A stretch of 64,000 nt of DNA from an uncultured virus (IMG/VR IMGVR_UViG_3300006204_000270). Taxonomy: Duplodnaviria; Heunggongvirae; Uroviricota; Caudoviricetes. The stretch is taken from the IMG/VR virus record IMGVR_UViG_3300006204_000270, one strand, 5' to 3'. Below the pieces are notes generated by a model. It was given only the letters and a program-made list of their open reading frames with translations, made no database searches and was not told the DNA's origin. The position numbers and the translations under genes are program-made. Position 1 is the stretch's first letter, and each line of letters begins with the position of its first letter. Of this stretch, positions 1 through 11,400 are shown in pieces.

Positions 1-666
1 CCTCTCCTTCTTCGGCTTGTACGCTTTGCTTCCCGGACCTGTCATGGCACCCATGATGATCCAGCCCACCTTCTTGACCGAACAATCTCCCGCCGACGGA
101 AATTCATCCATCATCGGTTCGATGCTGACGAACGTGTTGTGGTGTTCACTACACCAGAACGGGGCATCCGGGGTCGGCGTAGACGAGCCGTACCAGAAGT
201 TGTCCCTCTCCGGCAGCTTTCCGGCTTCAGCCAGTTTCATGTACCGGCCCGGATTCTTGGTCAGGAACAGGTATCGATGCTGAGGGGACAGCAGGCAGGC
301 TTTCATCACTTCCTCTATCCACTCGTCCGGCACCCACTCTCCGAACAGGTCAGCCATGCTGCACACGAAGATGTTCTGGCCCCGACGCTGGTATGGTTCG
401 TCCAGCCGGTAGCGATGCAAGGTCGGTCTGAATCCAAACGGAAAAGGAGCCTTCACTGTTTTACTGTCTTTTCTGGTCAGCATAAATGGCTCATCCAGCT
501 CCACGGTGTTCTTGCCCCATGATCCGCATCGACTAATTTTCCCCTCAACCGTCCTTCCAGAAAACCTTTCTGCGATCCTTCTGGCGTAACAGTAGGCACA
601 TCCATGGAGGCAGCCTGTCACGGGGTTCCAAGTGGCATCACACCACTCTATTTTTGTTTTCTGCAC
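1..666 (-). CDS. Phage Gp37/Gp68 (DUF5131)-like protein, partial (runs off window)
   Basis: Reads VQKTKIEWCDATWNPVTGCLHGCAYCYARR from GTG 666; paralog of 60651-61454. Confidence 0.8.
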   Translation of the reverse strand, partial: MQKTKIEWCDATWNPVTGCLHGCAYCYARRIAERFSGRTVEGKISRCGSWGKNTVELDEPFMLTRKDSKTVKAPFPFGFRPTLHRYRLDEPYQRRGQNIFVCSMADLFGEWVPDEWIEEVMKACLLSPQHRYLFLTKNPGRYMKLAEAGKLPERDNFWYGSSTPTPDAPFWCSEHHNTFVSIEPMMDEFPSAGDCSVKKVGWIIMGAMTGPGSKAYKPKKER

Positions 667-668
667 TT

Positions 669-1575
669 TTACACCTCCAAATCTTCGCCGAAATCTTCAA
701 AGGCAAGCTGTCCAGGAAGAACACCATCTTCCATCCACCAGTGGTATATATCCCGTCCAGTGGTTCCGATTCTCCAGGTTCCTTGCATCCGATCTCTGCG
801 AATGCGTTCTTCTATCATTTTGTCAAATGCCCGGATATACATATCCTTAAATTTCGGGTATTTCGCAAACTCAAATTGCCTGCTCTTGGTTCCTGTCATT
901 GGACAGCCAATGCAGCCTACCCTTTTGAATCCCTCTTGATACAGCGGATTTGTTGTAATATGTTCGCTTTGTATGTAATCCCACACATCGGCATCCGACC
1001 AGTCAATAATAGGATTGCAAACTCTTTTTCCTTTTAGGGTGCAGGCTTCAAACAGCCTCCGGCTTTCGTCGTTGTCATTGTTTAGGACGATTCTTTTTTC
1101 TTTGTCCTTATGTAAAACTTCAAGCACACCACGATTATTTGCTCTCTTTATACTTTCTGCCCATCGTACTCCTGTAACAATAAATCTTCCTTTTCCTCCA
1201 TTTTCTTTCAAAACATCACAGCAGTATCTTACTTTCCTTGTTGGCGGCATCAATTTTTGCGGAATTAGGTTCCACATAGAAGTCTGCTTTCCCCTGTAAA
1301 CCGGGTAGTTTCGTGTACATTTGATTCCTTGTGCTTCGATTTTTTTGAAATCATCCCTCAAAAAAATATACGGTTTCTGGGGCATCTGCTGTTGTATGAT
1401 TGTGCATTACTTCAAATGGGATTCCGGCCCTCCTTGCAAGTTCAATGCAAATGGAACTATCTTTTCCGCCGGATATTGCTACAACCAGCGGAAGGCCATA
1501 AAGTGCAAGTGACATTTGGGATGCTTCTTGTAGGCGTATAATCGCGGTTTTTTCTTTATCCACATTGGTGTCCAT
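669..1575 (-). pseudogene. PAPS-reductase-domain protein, frameshifted
   Basis: SGGKDS motif in ORF 1351-1593; CC, GVRWAES and RVGCIGCP in ORF 669-1385; frames switch at a T7 run (A7 at 1360-1366). Confidence 0.8.
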
Positions 1576-1596
1576 TACTTTTTGCCTCCTCACCGT

Positions 1597-1762
1597 TCAC
1601 CTGTACTCCCGGCCCGTCTCTTTGTCCCGTAGGGTTATCCGTCCAACAACCTCAAACCCAACTAATTCAGCCGTTTGTTTCCTGCTGCCACTGCTCACGC
1701 TCGATGTTCTCACAGGCCGCTCCTGCTGTCGGATCTGGATAACCTTCTGCGTTTTTATACAT
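1597..1762 (-). pseudogene. Small phage protein, frameshifted paralog of 62833-63045
   Basis: MYKNAEGYPDPTAG...QQE in one frame and KQTAELVGFEVVGRITLRDKETGREYR in another; middle segment missing. Confidence 0.7.
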
Positions 1763-2174
1763 GGCCCACCTCCTCCGGCGCTTGTAATTGTTTGCTCCAT
1801 CGCTGCTTGTACTCCTCTGGTGGTTGTTTTTGAGGGAATAAAGTAAGTTGTATTGGACGATTTGCGTATCGCTCTGTGTTCCACCTTGGTCTTCCAGCTT
1901 TTGCAGCTTCCATTGTCCACCCGGCCGCCCGGAGGCTTATGCCGGGTTCGCTCTGCAGTATAAACGTGATGATTTTTGAATAGCCCTCTTTCTTCGCTCT
2001 CCGGGCAGCTGCTGCATAAAGGCAAGAGCAGGCGTTTCGGGTTCCATCGGTGCAGAGCCTCCCATCCTTGTATGCAGCAAGGCTCCACTTGTGCCCAATT
2101 ACCCGACCGTGATGGCGGTGGTGCTGTTCTACATAGCTATTTGCAATTTTGAGCGTTGTTTGTCTTACATCCAT
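1755..2174 (-). CDS. XF1762-like phage protein, probably with internal deletion
   Basis: AN..VEQHHRHH, RLCTDGTRNACS, SLRAAGW motifs. Confidence 0.6.
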   Translation of the reverse strand: MDVRQTTLKIANSYVEQHHRHHGRVIGHKWSLAAYKDGRLCTDGTRNACSCLYAAAARRAKKEGYSKIITFILQSEPGISLRAAGWTMEAAKAGRPRWNTERYANRPIQLTLFPQKQPPEEYKQRWSKQLQAPEEVGHV

Positions 2175-2310
2175 TCATCTCAGCCTCTTAAACTTCTATG
2201 TCCACTAACGCATATCTACGATGATATGGTACGGATCAACGGTGTAAGTTGTCCTCCAAAACCTTTCTGTGGGATTAACTCGGACGTCCAAAGACCCGTG
2301 TGATAGCCAT

Positions 2311-2541
2311 TTAACTCGCCATCTCCTTGGCCCAGGCCGCAAATGCGGCGAGCGTCATATTGTGTTGCATACCTGCGGTTCTGTTTCTTGCGCTGCCATC
2401 CTTAACGACTTCGTACCGCAAATTATCAGCGCTTTCCTGTCCGTCGTAGAGCTTATACTGGGGGCCAATATCAATTACTTTGCGCTCCCGACCACGACCG
2501 TTCGAGTATGTACAACCAATTTTAATCTCTGACTTTTTCAT
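2311..2541 (-). CDS. Hypothetical phage protein
   Basis: 76 aa ORF with AAGGAGG RBS. Confidence 0.6.
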   Translation of the reverse strand: MKKSEIKIGCTYSNGRGRERKVIDIGPQYKLYDGQESADNLRYEVVKDGSARNRTAGMQHNMTLAAFAAWAKEMAS

Positions 2542-2551
2542 GTTTGCCTCC

Positions 2552-3013
2552 TTAATCTTGACAGTGTTTGTTTGCTACATTTCCGTTATAGATAACCACT
2601 ATGGAAGGAAAGGGCGCGGCTTGGTATACCTTTCCATCCTCGTCCTCGAACCGAAGTCTTCCACGTACAAATCTGATTTCGGCCTGTCCATATATGAAGT
2701 TATGGAAATATGTTGTATCTGTTCTGGCCGGGATCAGCAAAACGATGGTTGTTCCTTTTTGAGCCTCTTCCCACGCCTTGCGGACCCACTTTCCGGTCTC
2801 CCGTCCATAGGGCGGATTGCAGAATACCGCCCCCCCGCAACTCCAGGGCATTTCCAGGCCGTTTTCTGCCGGTGTATAGTACCTCTGGCACTTTGCGCTT
2901 TTTTTGGTGGCCGCTGCATCGAGGGCGAAATGAAACTCCTGGTCCAATTTGTCGAAGAAATCCTGCGGGGTGCAGTAATCCATTTTCTTGCTACTCAAAA
3001 GTGCTGTGTTCAT
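2552..3013 (-). CDS. Phage N6-adenine DNA methyltransferase (Dam-like)
   Basis: TPQDFFD, LDAAA, FCNPPY, LLIPARTDT, GRLRF. Confidence 0.9.
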   Translation of the reverse strand: MNTALLSSKKMDYCTPQDFFDKLDQEFHFALDAAATKKSAKCQRYYTPAENGLEMPWSCGGAVFCNPPYGRETGKWVRKAWEEAQKGTTIVLLIPARTDTTYFHNFIYGQAEIRFVRGRLRFEDEDGKVYQAAPFPSIVVIYNGNVANKHCQD

Positions 3014-3025
3014 TTTTTCCCCTCT

Positions 3026-3733
3026 TCATAATGTACCCTCCTCCGGTCTGCAGCGGTATGCCAGCCAAGCCTTGCCGTAAGTTGCAGCATTAACAGCGCA
3101 TTTATTTGACCCTCCACCTTGCGCTAAATAAATTCCGTTGATAACGCGCAGAATAAAATATTCGCCGTGTTTTTCTATCAAACTTTTGTACCATACCGGT
3201 TCCCCGTCCATCCCGCGCAGCTCCTCCAAGGTCAGCGGGTCGTTGGGCGTTTGCATAACTTCTCTGATTTTATCGATACCGCCAAGGCCCTGGACCTCGT
3301 CCAGCAGCTTATTGTGGGCTGCCAGCAGGCAGTCAATCTTGCAGTTGTGTCTCCGGTCGGCTGCCGCCATGATCTCTTCCGGCGTTAGTCCGGTGTCCTC
3401 GTAGGCCATCAGCTTGGCTCGCAACTCTGCACATACCCAAGCCGCCGTGAAAAACAGCGCAACCACCGTTTCTCCATCTATAGTGCCATCCGAAACAAAA
3501 AGAGTATCCGACATCTCGCAACTGAGTGCGTAATCATCCTTGCTCTGAGCAATTTCCAGGTCATTTTCCCTTGCGATTTCCCGCACCAAGTCGTTCAGCG
3601 ATATGTCCTTGTGTTCCTCCCGGCCGTATCCTCTCACACAAGTCCAGCCGTCCTTTACAAAAAACAGATTCAACGCATTTTCTATATTGTTTTGTGGGTT
3701 ATTTGTTGTTAGTCGTTCCATCGTTTTCTCCAA
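3026..3733 (-). CDS. Hypothetical phage protein (N-terminus homologous to 63057-63734)
   Basis: 235 aa; AYEDTGLTPEE and PLTLEELR motifs. Confidence 0.7.
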   Translation of the reverse strand: MEKTMERLTTNNPQNNIENALNLFFVKDGWTCVRGYGREEHKDISLNDLVREIARENDLEIAQSKDDYALSCEMSDTLFVSDGTIDGETVVALFFTAAWVCAELRAKLMAYEDTGLTPEEIMAAADRRHNCKIDCLLAAHNKLLDEVQGLGGIDKIREVMQTPNDPLTLEELRGMDGEPVWYKSLIEKHGEYFILRVINGIYLAQGGGSNKCAVNAATYGKAWLAYRCRPEEGTL

Positions 3734-3881
3734 TCATTCCCACCATTCTCCAAATTCACTGTCTTCCTCAATGTCTGCTTCCCTCAACGCCCCTGTCAAT
3801 TCTCTCCATTTTGCTGAAAACCACCAAAGCCATGCTACACAGGCCCTGCGGCTGCTGCACGACAGGTATCGCTGGCATCTG

Positions 3882-5105
3882 TCACAAGGGTTTCCCACGC
3901 TCTTCCACCTCCGCTATCGCCCGAAACACCGGGTAAAACTGTTGGGGCACTACAGCGTTTCCGAGGCATTTTAGCCGGTTCGCCCGGTCTGGAATTTTGC
4001 CGGTCACGCGGGAGATTCCGAGCTCCCAACTCCCGTCTGCCCATCCGGCTCGGACGCTGTCCATCCAATGGGGAAGCCCATCATAGCCTCCACCCATTCT
4101 GGATTCAACTGTCCGCCGTTCCCCGCCACAGTGGCCGTTAGGCCCATGTTGGATGTCGATCCATCTTTGTTCTTTCTCCGAATTGAGCCGGTCGCTGTAA
4201 CATAAGGCTTGCCCTCCCCGAAGGATGTCCGCTCTGTCGGGGTTGGAGTTGGGTAGAGTTTGGCCGCTGTAGGCAGCCCCGTCCCCGCTTTTGGGCCGCT
4301 CCCCAGATGGCTGTAGTTCCCGATCACCGTGGGCGTGGGCCAGAGCGCCGCCGCTGTCTGCAAATCCATGCCGCCCTGACGGGTTTCCGTCTGCGAGGGG
4401 CCTGTCCCGCTCCGGCTGGTAGGTGTGGGCCACATCCGCACTGCCTCTGGCAGTCCCTGTTGATGGCTGTTCGGCCCTCTGGCCCTGTAATCTGAGGCTG
4501 TCACCGTGGGCCACAGCTACACTGCATTGGCCAGCTGATCGGCGTGGTTGCGCTTGCCCTCCCTCTGCAGATGCTCCATGCTGTTGGCCTCCTTGCAATC
4601 CCTCGCCGCAGGCGTGGGCCACAATGGCGCATCGGTATCGCTTATGCGGGGCGTTGACGCCACAAGCTGGAAGTACAATCGTCCTTGCTTCGTAGCCTTG
4701 AAGTTCCAGGTCAGCCAGCACAGTGTCGAGTGCCATGTTGATGATTCCAGCAACATTTTCGCCAATAATCCAAGTGGGCTTGATTTCCGTAATAACTCGG
4801 AGCATCTCTGGCCAGAGGTAACGGTCATCATCCTGGCCTCGTCGCTGCCCGGCGACAGAAAAGGGCTGGCATGGGAATCCGCCGGAAATAAGGTCAACTG
4901 TTCGTAGACCTGTTCGCTCATGAAAACTCTCCTTTGTCAGCGTCCGAATGTCCCTCCAGCGGGGGACATCGGGCCAGTGCCGTTCCAATACTTTCGTGGG
5001 GTAGTCGGCCCATTCGCACTGGCCCACCGTTAAAAATCCTGCTGCTTCCGCAGCAAGGTCAAGCCCCCCGATTCCAGTGAACAAGGAAAGGTGTGTCAGC
5101 ATCAT
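3882..5105 (-). CDS. C5-cytosine DNA methyltransferase, large polypeptide
   Basis: Motif [46 protein letters not shown]; start re-set to ATG 5105. Confidence 0.9.
   Translation of the reverse strand: MMLTHLSLFTGIGGLDLAAEAAGFLTVGQCEWADYPTKVLERHWPDVPRWRDIRTLTKESFHERTGLRTVDLISGGFPCQPFSVAGQRRGQDDDRYLWPEMLRVITEIKPTWIIGENVAGIINMALDTVLADLELQGYEARTIVLPACGVNAPHKRYRCAIVAHACGEGLQGGQQHGASAEGGQAQPRRSAGQCSVAVAHGDSLRLQGQRAEQPSTGTARGSADVAHTYQPERDRPLADGNPSGRHGFADSGGALAHAHGDRELQPSGERPKSGDGAAYSGQTLPNSNPDRADILRGGQALCYSDRLNSEKEQRWIDIQHGPNGHCGGERRTVESRMGGGYDGLPHWMDSVRAGWADGSWELGISRVTGKIPDRANRLKCLGNAVVPQQFYPVFRAIAEVEERGKPL
4004..4921 (-). CDS. Nested alternative-frame MTase subunit (WPTP repeats plus motif IX), interrupted by one TAG at 4517-4519
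   Basis: ORFs 4517-4921 and 4004-4504 are in the same frame; five W/YPT(P) repeats; ends [19 protein letters not shown]. Confidence 0.6.
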
Positions 5106-5305
5106 TTTTCCTCGCCTCCGAACAAACTCAGCTGATCTCTCGCCATTTCCTGTTCTAAGGCTTCCTTGCAAGCCTTGTATCGACACACTGGGCCATATCC
5201 GTCCCGGATAGCCTTGTCACTTGTCAGCAGACCTCCGCAGCGTTTACAGCGGCGGGCCGAAATGGAGAAAATCTCGCTTACTTCTTTTTCTTGCTTCTCC
5301 TGCAT
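5102..5305 (-). CDS. Small Cys-rich zinc-finger protein (DUF6011-like)
   Basis: CKRCGGLL...GYGPVC. Confidence 0.65.
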   Translation of the reverse strand: MQEKQEKEVSEIFSISARRCKRCGGLLTSDKAIRDGYGPVCRYKACKEALEQEMARDQLSLFGGEEK

Positions 5306-5535
5306 TTTGACTTTTTCCGCTCCTTCCCAGGTTCAACCTGTTTCATAAGGCGATGCCAATATTTACGGGCGCTTTGCTTCATTTGATGCCTCCGTTTTCT
5401 GCACTTGTCCGCATTTTTCAGGGCTGTTAATGCACGGATTGGCGCATCTGCTACGACTATGGCAGTGAGCGCAGCAGATGCTTTCTCTTGCCCGGTCGCA
5501 GTAAAATATTTTGCACCTATAATTTTCTTTCATTT

Positions 5536-5898
5536 TTATCGGCCCCCTGCATCCGGGAGGTTGATATTAACGATGATGGCCTTTTCCCACGGGAGGGCAT
5601 CGTAAATCTTCCGGCACTCACTTTCGCTCTTTGGAAGTTTGTCAAATTCCTCAACGGGGAGAAATTTCTCCAGCGTGTCAAATACATCGTCGTCGCTCCG
5701 AAAGATTACAGGCTCCCATTCGTTCCGAGAGAAAAGGTACTTGTCCACGCTGGCGCTTCCCCAGGCCCCCATCCATCTCGCAAAATTGTCTCCGGCAACA
5801 ATTTCGCCATCCACGAACGGGATAACGGGAAGGTCAGGGTATTCCTGTATAAGCCTAAAAAGTTCCTCGCGGTTTTTGCATTCGGTTTCTGTAATCAC
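5536..5898 (-). CDS. Hypothetical phage protein
   Basis: 120 aa ORF in the early operon. Confidence 0.6.
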   Translation of the reverse strand: MITETECKNREELFRLIQEYPDLPVIPFVDGEIVAGDNFARWMGAWGSASVDKYLFSRNEWEPVIFRSDDDVFDTLEKFLPVEEFDKLPKSESECRKIYDALPWEKAIIVNINLPDAGGR

Positions 5899-5910
5899 GG
5901 CTACGTCTCC

Positions 5911-6554
5911 TTATCTATTTGCGTTGAAAAATGCTTGTGCAAATCCCGGTGGGGTGATTGCTCTAAAATCTGCATCGGTTTTTGGTGTTGCCCACGCAAG
6001 CTGTGGTATAAGTGCCTGCTCCGATTTATGCAGGTAAGCGAAACTGGGCTTTTCGCGCCCCGGCCTCGTGTAAAGAGGGAGTTTATTTGGAACATCCTCC
6101 CAATTTGAATATTTCTTTTCTGGGGCGATAAATGTCCCCCATATCTCTGTCCGTTTTGTCCATGGGTCGCCGTACTGCCACGGCTGGAAAATGAGGGCTG
6201 ATTTGCCCATATACTCTCGCAAAAAGCCCACGGGATTTTCGAGCGCCCACCAGACGGGCTTGCTTTTTTCGATAATGCGTAGGCAGGCCATGACAATTTT
6301 CAATCCCGCCTGTGGGTTGCGCTGTCGTGCCTCCGCTTTGCAGTTCAAGATGGAAAACTCCGTACAGGGGGGGGGGCGGCAAGAATACCATATACATTGT
6401 CTGGCGGCTCGTATGTGAGTACATCGTAGGCTGGCAAGGTGATGTTCCTGACATCGTAGCCTGCCGCTACATAAGCTCTCGACCAGCTGCCACTGCCGCC
6501 GCAAAGGTCAAGGATGATCTTGGGCTTCCCCGTCCTTTCGTCAATGTTGTTCAC
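5911..6554 (-). pseudogene. C5-cytosine methyltransferase-like gene frameshifted in a C10 tract
   Basis: ILDLCGGSGSW in 6345-6554; PPCTEFS and WALENPVG in 5911-6504; G10 on the plus strand at 6367-6376. Confidence 0.8.
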
Positions 6555-7516
6555 ACCAGCGTCTCCTCTCTGCCTCTGGCGTCACCCCAGGCCATCGTCA
6601 TAACAGTGCTTACTTCCCGAAGGCGGCTGATAATCGCCACAATTTTTGTGTCGTCATAGCCCTTGGGGGCCAGTGCTTTCACCAGCCCGTCTGCATTGTA
6701 GTTGGTGGTAACGATGGTAGGTTTCATATCCTCGTAGCGGTCGTTGAGGATAGAGTAGAGGGTGCTCATGCTCCAATCGCTGCACTGTTCTTTTCCCAGG
6801 TCGTCGATAATGAGCAGATCGACCTGCTTGTAGATGTCCAGCACATCACTCTCGCGTACATCTGCGCTGTCAAACGACCGCTTGATGTCAAGCAGCAGGT
6901 CGCTTGAGGTCTTGCAGATGACCGGTACGCCCTGGCCGATAAGCTGCAGCGCAATCGCCGCTGCCAGGTGTGTCTTGCCTGTACCGTTTGTGCCCTCTAT
7001 GTAGAGACCGTCGCCCTTGGCCTGGTGGAGCGGGAAATTGTCTGCATACTCTTTCGCGATCCGGTAAGCCTTGGCCCGGCCCGGCGTATCCTGCTGGAAG
7101 GTCTGAAAGGTCCTCTGCTGGAAGCGCCGCTTAATACCGCTCTGGACAAGGAGCCGCTGGATTTTCCGCTGTATGGCGGCCCGGCGTTTCTCCTTTTCCT
7201 CTGTTGCTTTTCTCTCTGCTGCGATTTTGTCCTGTTCTTCCCAATAGACCTGCGCCTGCTCGCAGGTACACCGGGGGAGGAATGGACGCAGGAAGAAAAC
7301 CTCTTCGTCCATGACTACTCCAAGCGGCTGAAGTTTTTTTCCGCAGTATTCGCACGTCGCTGGTTCTGGTGGCCTGTTCCGAAAACGCAAGCCGATCTCC
7401 TTTGCCTGCTGCGGTGTAACAAAACTACTGTTGTCCCTTAAATCCTCCCGACGGCCTGAATCCACCTGGGTCTGCCGACCGCCCAGAATTTCCCCTATCC
7501 GTGTAGGTCCCTCCAT
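6551..7516 (-). CDS. DnaC/IstB-like helicase loader ATPase
   Basis: Walker A GTNGTGKT, Walker B LLIIDDLG, TTN; start ATG 7516 after GAGG RBS. Confidence 0.9.
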   Translation of the reverse strand: MEGPTRIGEILGGRQTQVDSGRREDLRDNSSFVTPQQAKEIGLRFRNRPPEPATCEYCGKKLQPLGVVMDEEVFFLRPFLPRCTCEQAQVYWEEQDKIAAERKATEEKEKRRAAIQRKIQRLLVQSGIKRRFQQRTFQTFQQDTPGRAKAYRIAKEYADNFPLHQAKGDGLYIEGTNGTGKTHLAAAIALQLIGQGVPVICKTSSDLLLDIKRSFDSADVRESDVLDIYKQVDLLIIDDLGKEQCSDWSMSTLYSILNDRYEDMKPTIVTTNYNADGLVKALAPKGYDDTKIVAIISRLREVSTVMTMAWGDARGREETLV

Positions 7517-8279
7517 GGCTACTGCCTCCTCTTTTCTCAAATTCTTCGTCGACACGCTCCATTGTCCAGTTTAGGATAGCCCGGTAGTCACTCTCGTAGG
7601 TCCTCCCGCTCTGGCCCTTGTAGTTATCAATGATTTCTATGGCTCTCTTTGTTTTTTCCTCCCCGAACCTTTCCAAAAGTTTTTTGTATTCCTCCTCTGT
7701 CATTGAGACAAATTCAGCATATTGGATTTTTGGTATCTTCGGCTTTTCCGGTTTGCCCCTTTTTCGTTTCGGCAGCTCCTTGGTACCGCCTTCTGCGGGT
7801 GGCGGGGAAGCGGTAGGGGAGGGTAGTGGGACAAAGGGATCATCCTTTGCGCTGCCTTTCCTCTCTACTTCATCCAGTTTTGCCACATCTATTTTTGCGT
7901 TAGTTGTGGCGGAACCTTTTCTTCCGGCTGTGGATCGCTTATCGCTTATGTCTGCGTCCCGCACCATGCGCTTTTGTATGAGCTTTTCACCGTCCTTACG
8001 GACGACGCCTTCGGCAAGTAATTCTTGGATGGCACGATATATAACACCCTCTCCAAAGGGGAGGTGCTTTGCCAGCTTTGCGGAAAAGTCTGAAATTATA
8101 TCTGCGCTTTTACGGTCCTTCTCCCGCAGGGCGATCGTCCCGTATTCCTCCTGCTTGTGCATAACGCACATAAGCATGATATAGACCCCGACGCTCTCCG
8201 CACTGCATTCCCGCAGTTTTTCGTCCGTCAAGAAATCCATCACATAAAGGGGGATGTATGGCTGATCTCTACGGGACAT
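7425..8279 (-). CDS. Phage replication initiator / replisome organiser
   Basis: PYIPLYVMDFLTD N-terminus, Y.SDYRAILNW C-terminus; directly upstream of the DnaC-like gene. Confidence 0.75.
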   Translation of the reverse strand: MSRRDQPYIPLYVMDFLTDEKLRECSAESVGVYIMLMCVMHKQEEYGTIALREKDRKSADIISDFSAKLAKHLPFGEGVIYRAIQELLAEGVVRKDGEKLIQKRMVRDADISDKRSTAGRKGSATTNAKIDVAKLDEVERKGSAKDDPFVPLPSPTASPPPAEGGTKELPKRKRGKPEKPKIPKIQYAEFVSMTEEEYKKLLERFGEEKTKRAIEIIDNYKGQSGRTYESDYRAILNWTMERVDEEFEKRGGSSHGGTYTDRGNSGRSADPGGFRPSGGFKGQQ

Positions 8280-8334
8280 GATTTCGCCTCCTTCGCCCGC
8301 CCTCCGGGGCGGTACCCCCGGAGGGCGGTGCTAT

Positions 8335-8487
8335 CTACTTCCAGTATTCCAGGTACACAATGGTTTTCCCGCTGTCTTTGCGTCGCCGCTCCCGGACGGT
8401 GTATCCCGCCCGGTAGAGGGCCAACGCCACCGCCTCCCTGTCGTCTTTGTTTTGGAGGATAAGCTCGTTCACCTTCCGTTCTTCCAT
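8335..8487 (-). CDS. Small hypothetical protein (50 aa)
   Basis: MEERKVNELILQNKDDREAVALALYRAGY..., read manually. Confidence 0.5.
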   Translation of the reverse strand: MEERKVNELILQNKDDREAVALALYRAGYTVRERRRKDSGKTIVYLEYWK

Positions 8488-8488
8488 C

Positions 8489-11400
8489 TTAATCGCTCCT
8501 CACATAGCTTCCGCTCTCGTCCTTGTAGACAGTAATGCTCTGTGGAAATCTCGACTTCATGGCCGGGTCGTGGGTAATCGCCATGACCTTGAGGCTGCTG
8601 TACCGCTGCTGGATGGCTTCCAGTGCGTCGCAGTAAGCCTGTACGCCGGGGGCGTCGAGGAAGGGCGGCTCGTCGATAAACAAAAAACCAAGCTGTACGC
8701 CAGCCTTGCTGCTCTTGATCTCCGAAAGAGCCAGGATCACAGAGAGGGCTGCCTTGACACGCTCGCCGCCGCTCCTGCTCATGTAGGGGAGCCGCCCGGT
8801 ACTGCTGTCATTGATGATGATGTCAAGGGTCGTGACCTCTTTCTTGCTGTTGCTCTTGAGTACCTTCTCGGTTACAAGTTCGACACTCATATGTCCGCCG
8901 GACATCTGGCCGAGAATGTTGGTGGCCGTAGCCTCAAACACGGGGATGATGGAGCGGATGATGTTATGGGGGATACCATCCTGCGAGAACGCCTTTTTCA
9001 GCTCCTCGTATCCGGCGGCTTTGACTGACTGTGCGTTGACCTGCTTTTGCAACTCCGCTGCCTCCGCCAACTTCTTTCCCACCTGCTCTACTTGTGCCTT
9101 GAGGCCGCCCAGTTCCATCGCCGCATTCCGCGCAGCTTCCTGCAAACTCTTAATTTCGGCTTCCGCTGCGTCAACCTGCGCCTGCAATTCCTCTCTGCCG
9201 GCGGTCTTGCCCTGTTCCGTCGCCAATTCTGTCCGGGCCTCGGCGATTTCCGTCTCGATGACCTCGATTTCCTCGTCAAGTTCAAGGATGCGCTGGGCCG
9301 CTGCCGCCTTCCGTTCCTGCGCCACCGAAACCTGCTTCTCTTTCTCTATCCACTGTTTGGCCGTGGCGATTTCCCCTTGCAGATGGTCATATTCCTTTTT
9401 GGCCGATGCAACGCTTGGGAGTTGTGTTTCGATTCCAGTCAGTTCTATCAGTTCTTTTTGGGCGGCGGCCTCTGCGTCCGCAACGGCCTTGTCCAACTCT
9501 GTCGCCCGCTCCTCCATCAGGGCCAATTCTTTCCGCTTCGCTCCAATTTCCAGGTATTCTCTTTCAGACGATTCCAAGAGACACTGTGAGGCACGCAGGG
9601 ATGCAATCTCCCCCGGAAGGTGTTTCTTCCCGTCGTATTCCGTCTGCGCTGCACAGATGGCATCCAGGGCCGCCTGGCGTACATCCAAATATTCCGCCTC
9701 CACGTCTCCAAGCTGCGCCAAAAGGTTGGGGAGAGCTTTTTGGGCAGAAATTGCATCCGCAAGAAATTTGCAGGTTGCTTTCTCGATATTAGGACACCCG
9801 CTGTCATTCAGCAACTCAACCTTTCTTTCTGCGGCAGCTATGTTCTGCTCAACCTGCGCCCTGGCAGCTGCGTAGTTGCGGTCCAGGCGTTCGATTTCTG
9901 TCTGCGCCATAGCAAGCCGGTCCTTTGCTGCCGTGTACTCCGCCATCAATCCTTCTAACTCGGAAAGCCTGTTTGCCACGCTTGTGTATGCGGCGTGATT
10001 CTCTGCAAGTTCCGCCTCCCGTGCAAGGGAACGCTGTAAGGGAACGATTTCTTTATCAATAATGGCTTTCTTGTCCTTTGCCGCCTGTACCGCCTTTTCG
10101 GCTTTTGCCACCGATTCGATCAGCTTCTCCTCTCGCACTATGAGTTCATCATAGGCCGCCTTACTGCTAATCAATTCCTTTTCGCGCTCCAACAGGCGGC
10201 CAAGTTCTGCCACTCCTGCGGCGATCTCTACCTCTGCTGCAAGAATGGTTTCTGCTGCCATGATAATTCCTACCTGCGAGGTCTTAGCCGCCTCTTTGGC
10301 GGCTCTCTGCCCTGTGAGGGCGGTGAGTTTACCGTTGAGACGCATTACCCGGCCTGCTACCTCAAGTTGCGTATTGAGCGCAACCTTGAGGTCGTCCACC
10401 TCTGTCGCTTTGGTCTGCGCCGCCATCTCACAGTTCTGCCTGTACTGTTCCTGGCAGACGATTTGGGCTTCCAGTCCCACCCGATCTGGCAATCCGGTGG
10501 TGATGGTCTGTGCTTTGTCCATAAGGGTGCGGACTACCCGGTTGGTATCGGTGGCCTTTTCCGCTGCGAGTTCTTCCATGCCCTTGTAAACCCCCAAGCC
10601 GAGAATGCTGCCGAGAATATTCATGCGGGCCTCTTTGTCGGCCTGCAAAAAGAGGCCGTACTGGTCTTGCATGATAAGGGCGCAGGCCTTGAGGGTGAGG
10701 CTGTCCATGCCGATGATGTTCTCGATTTCCTGCTGTGTGTCCCGGAATTTTTCTTTGCTGCGGTCTACCCAATCACCATCGACCTGCTCTGCGATATTTA
10801 GTGTGGCCTTGCCACTCTTGGCGCGGGTACGCGTCACCCGGTAAATCTGGTCTCCCAGCTTGAAGGTAAATTTGATGGCCCCACTCCGGGCCTCCGGGTC
10901 GTTGCAGATCCAGCCCGTCAACTCGCCCTCTCGCGGCTCCTCAAAAAGCGCATCCAGCATAGCGTCCATAAACAGGCTGCTCTTTCCCACACCGTTGCTA
11001 CCGTTGATAGTGCAGAAGCGGATAGGGTCAAAACTGAATCGTTCCTCCCGGTAATTCCGGTAGTTTTTGACCTCGATCTCTACCGGGACAAACGCCCCTG
11101 TACGCCGTTCCTGCGCGGCCCTTTCGGTAGCCTCCGAAATGATGGGCCGGGCAAGTTCCACCAGCTGCCCAATGCGCTTCGGCTCCAGGCCTCTTTCTGT
11201 GAGGTAGTCAGTAAGCGCCTCCTCCGGGGTGCTATCTGCATCCATGCTCCGGCGGTCTACCGTGATGGTAATTTTCTGTGGGGTGATCTCCTGGACCCAG
11301 AATGCCCCGGCCACATCCCGCAGCCAATTTTCGAGGATTGCATGGTTAAAGGCTTTGTTATGCTCGTCGGTGCAGTCGTAGAGGACACGCACGATTTTGC

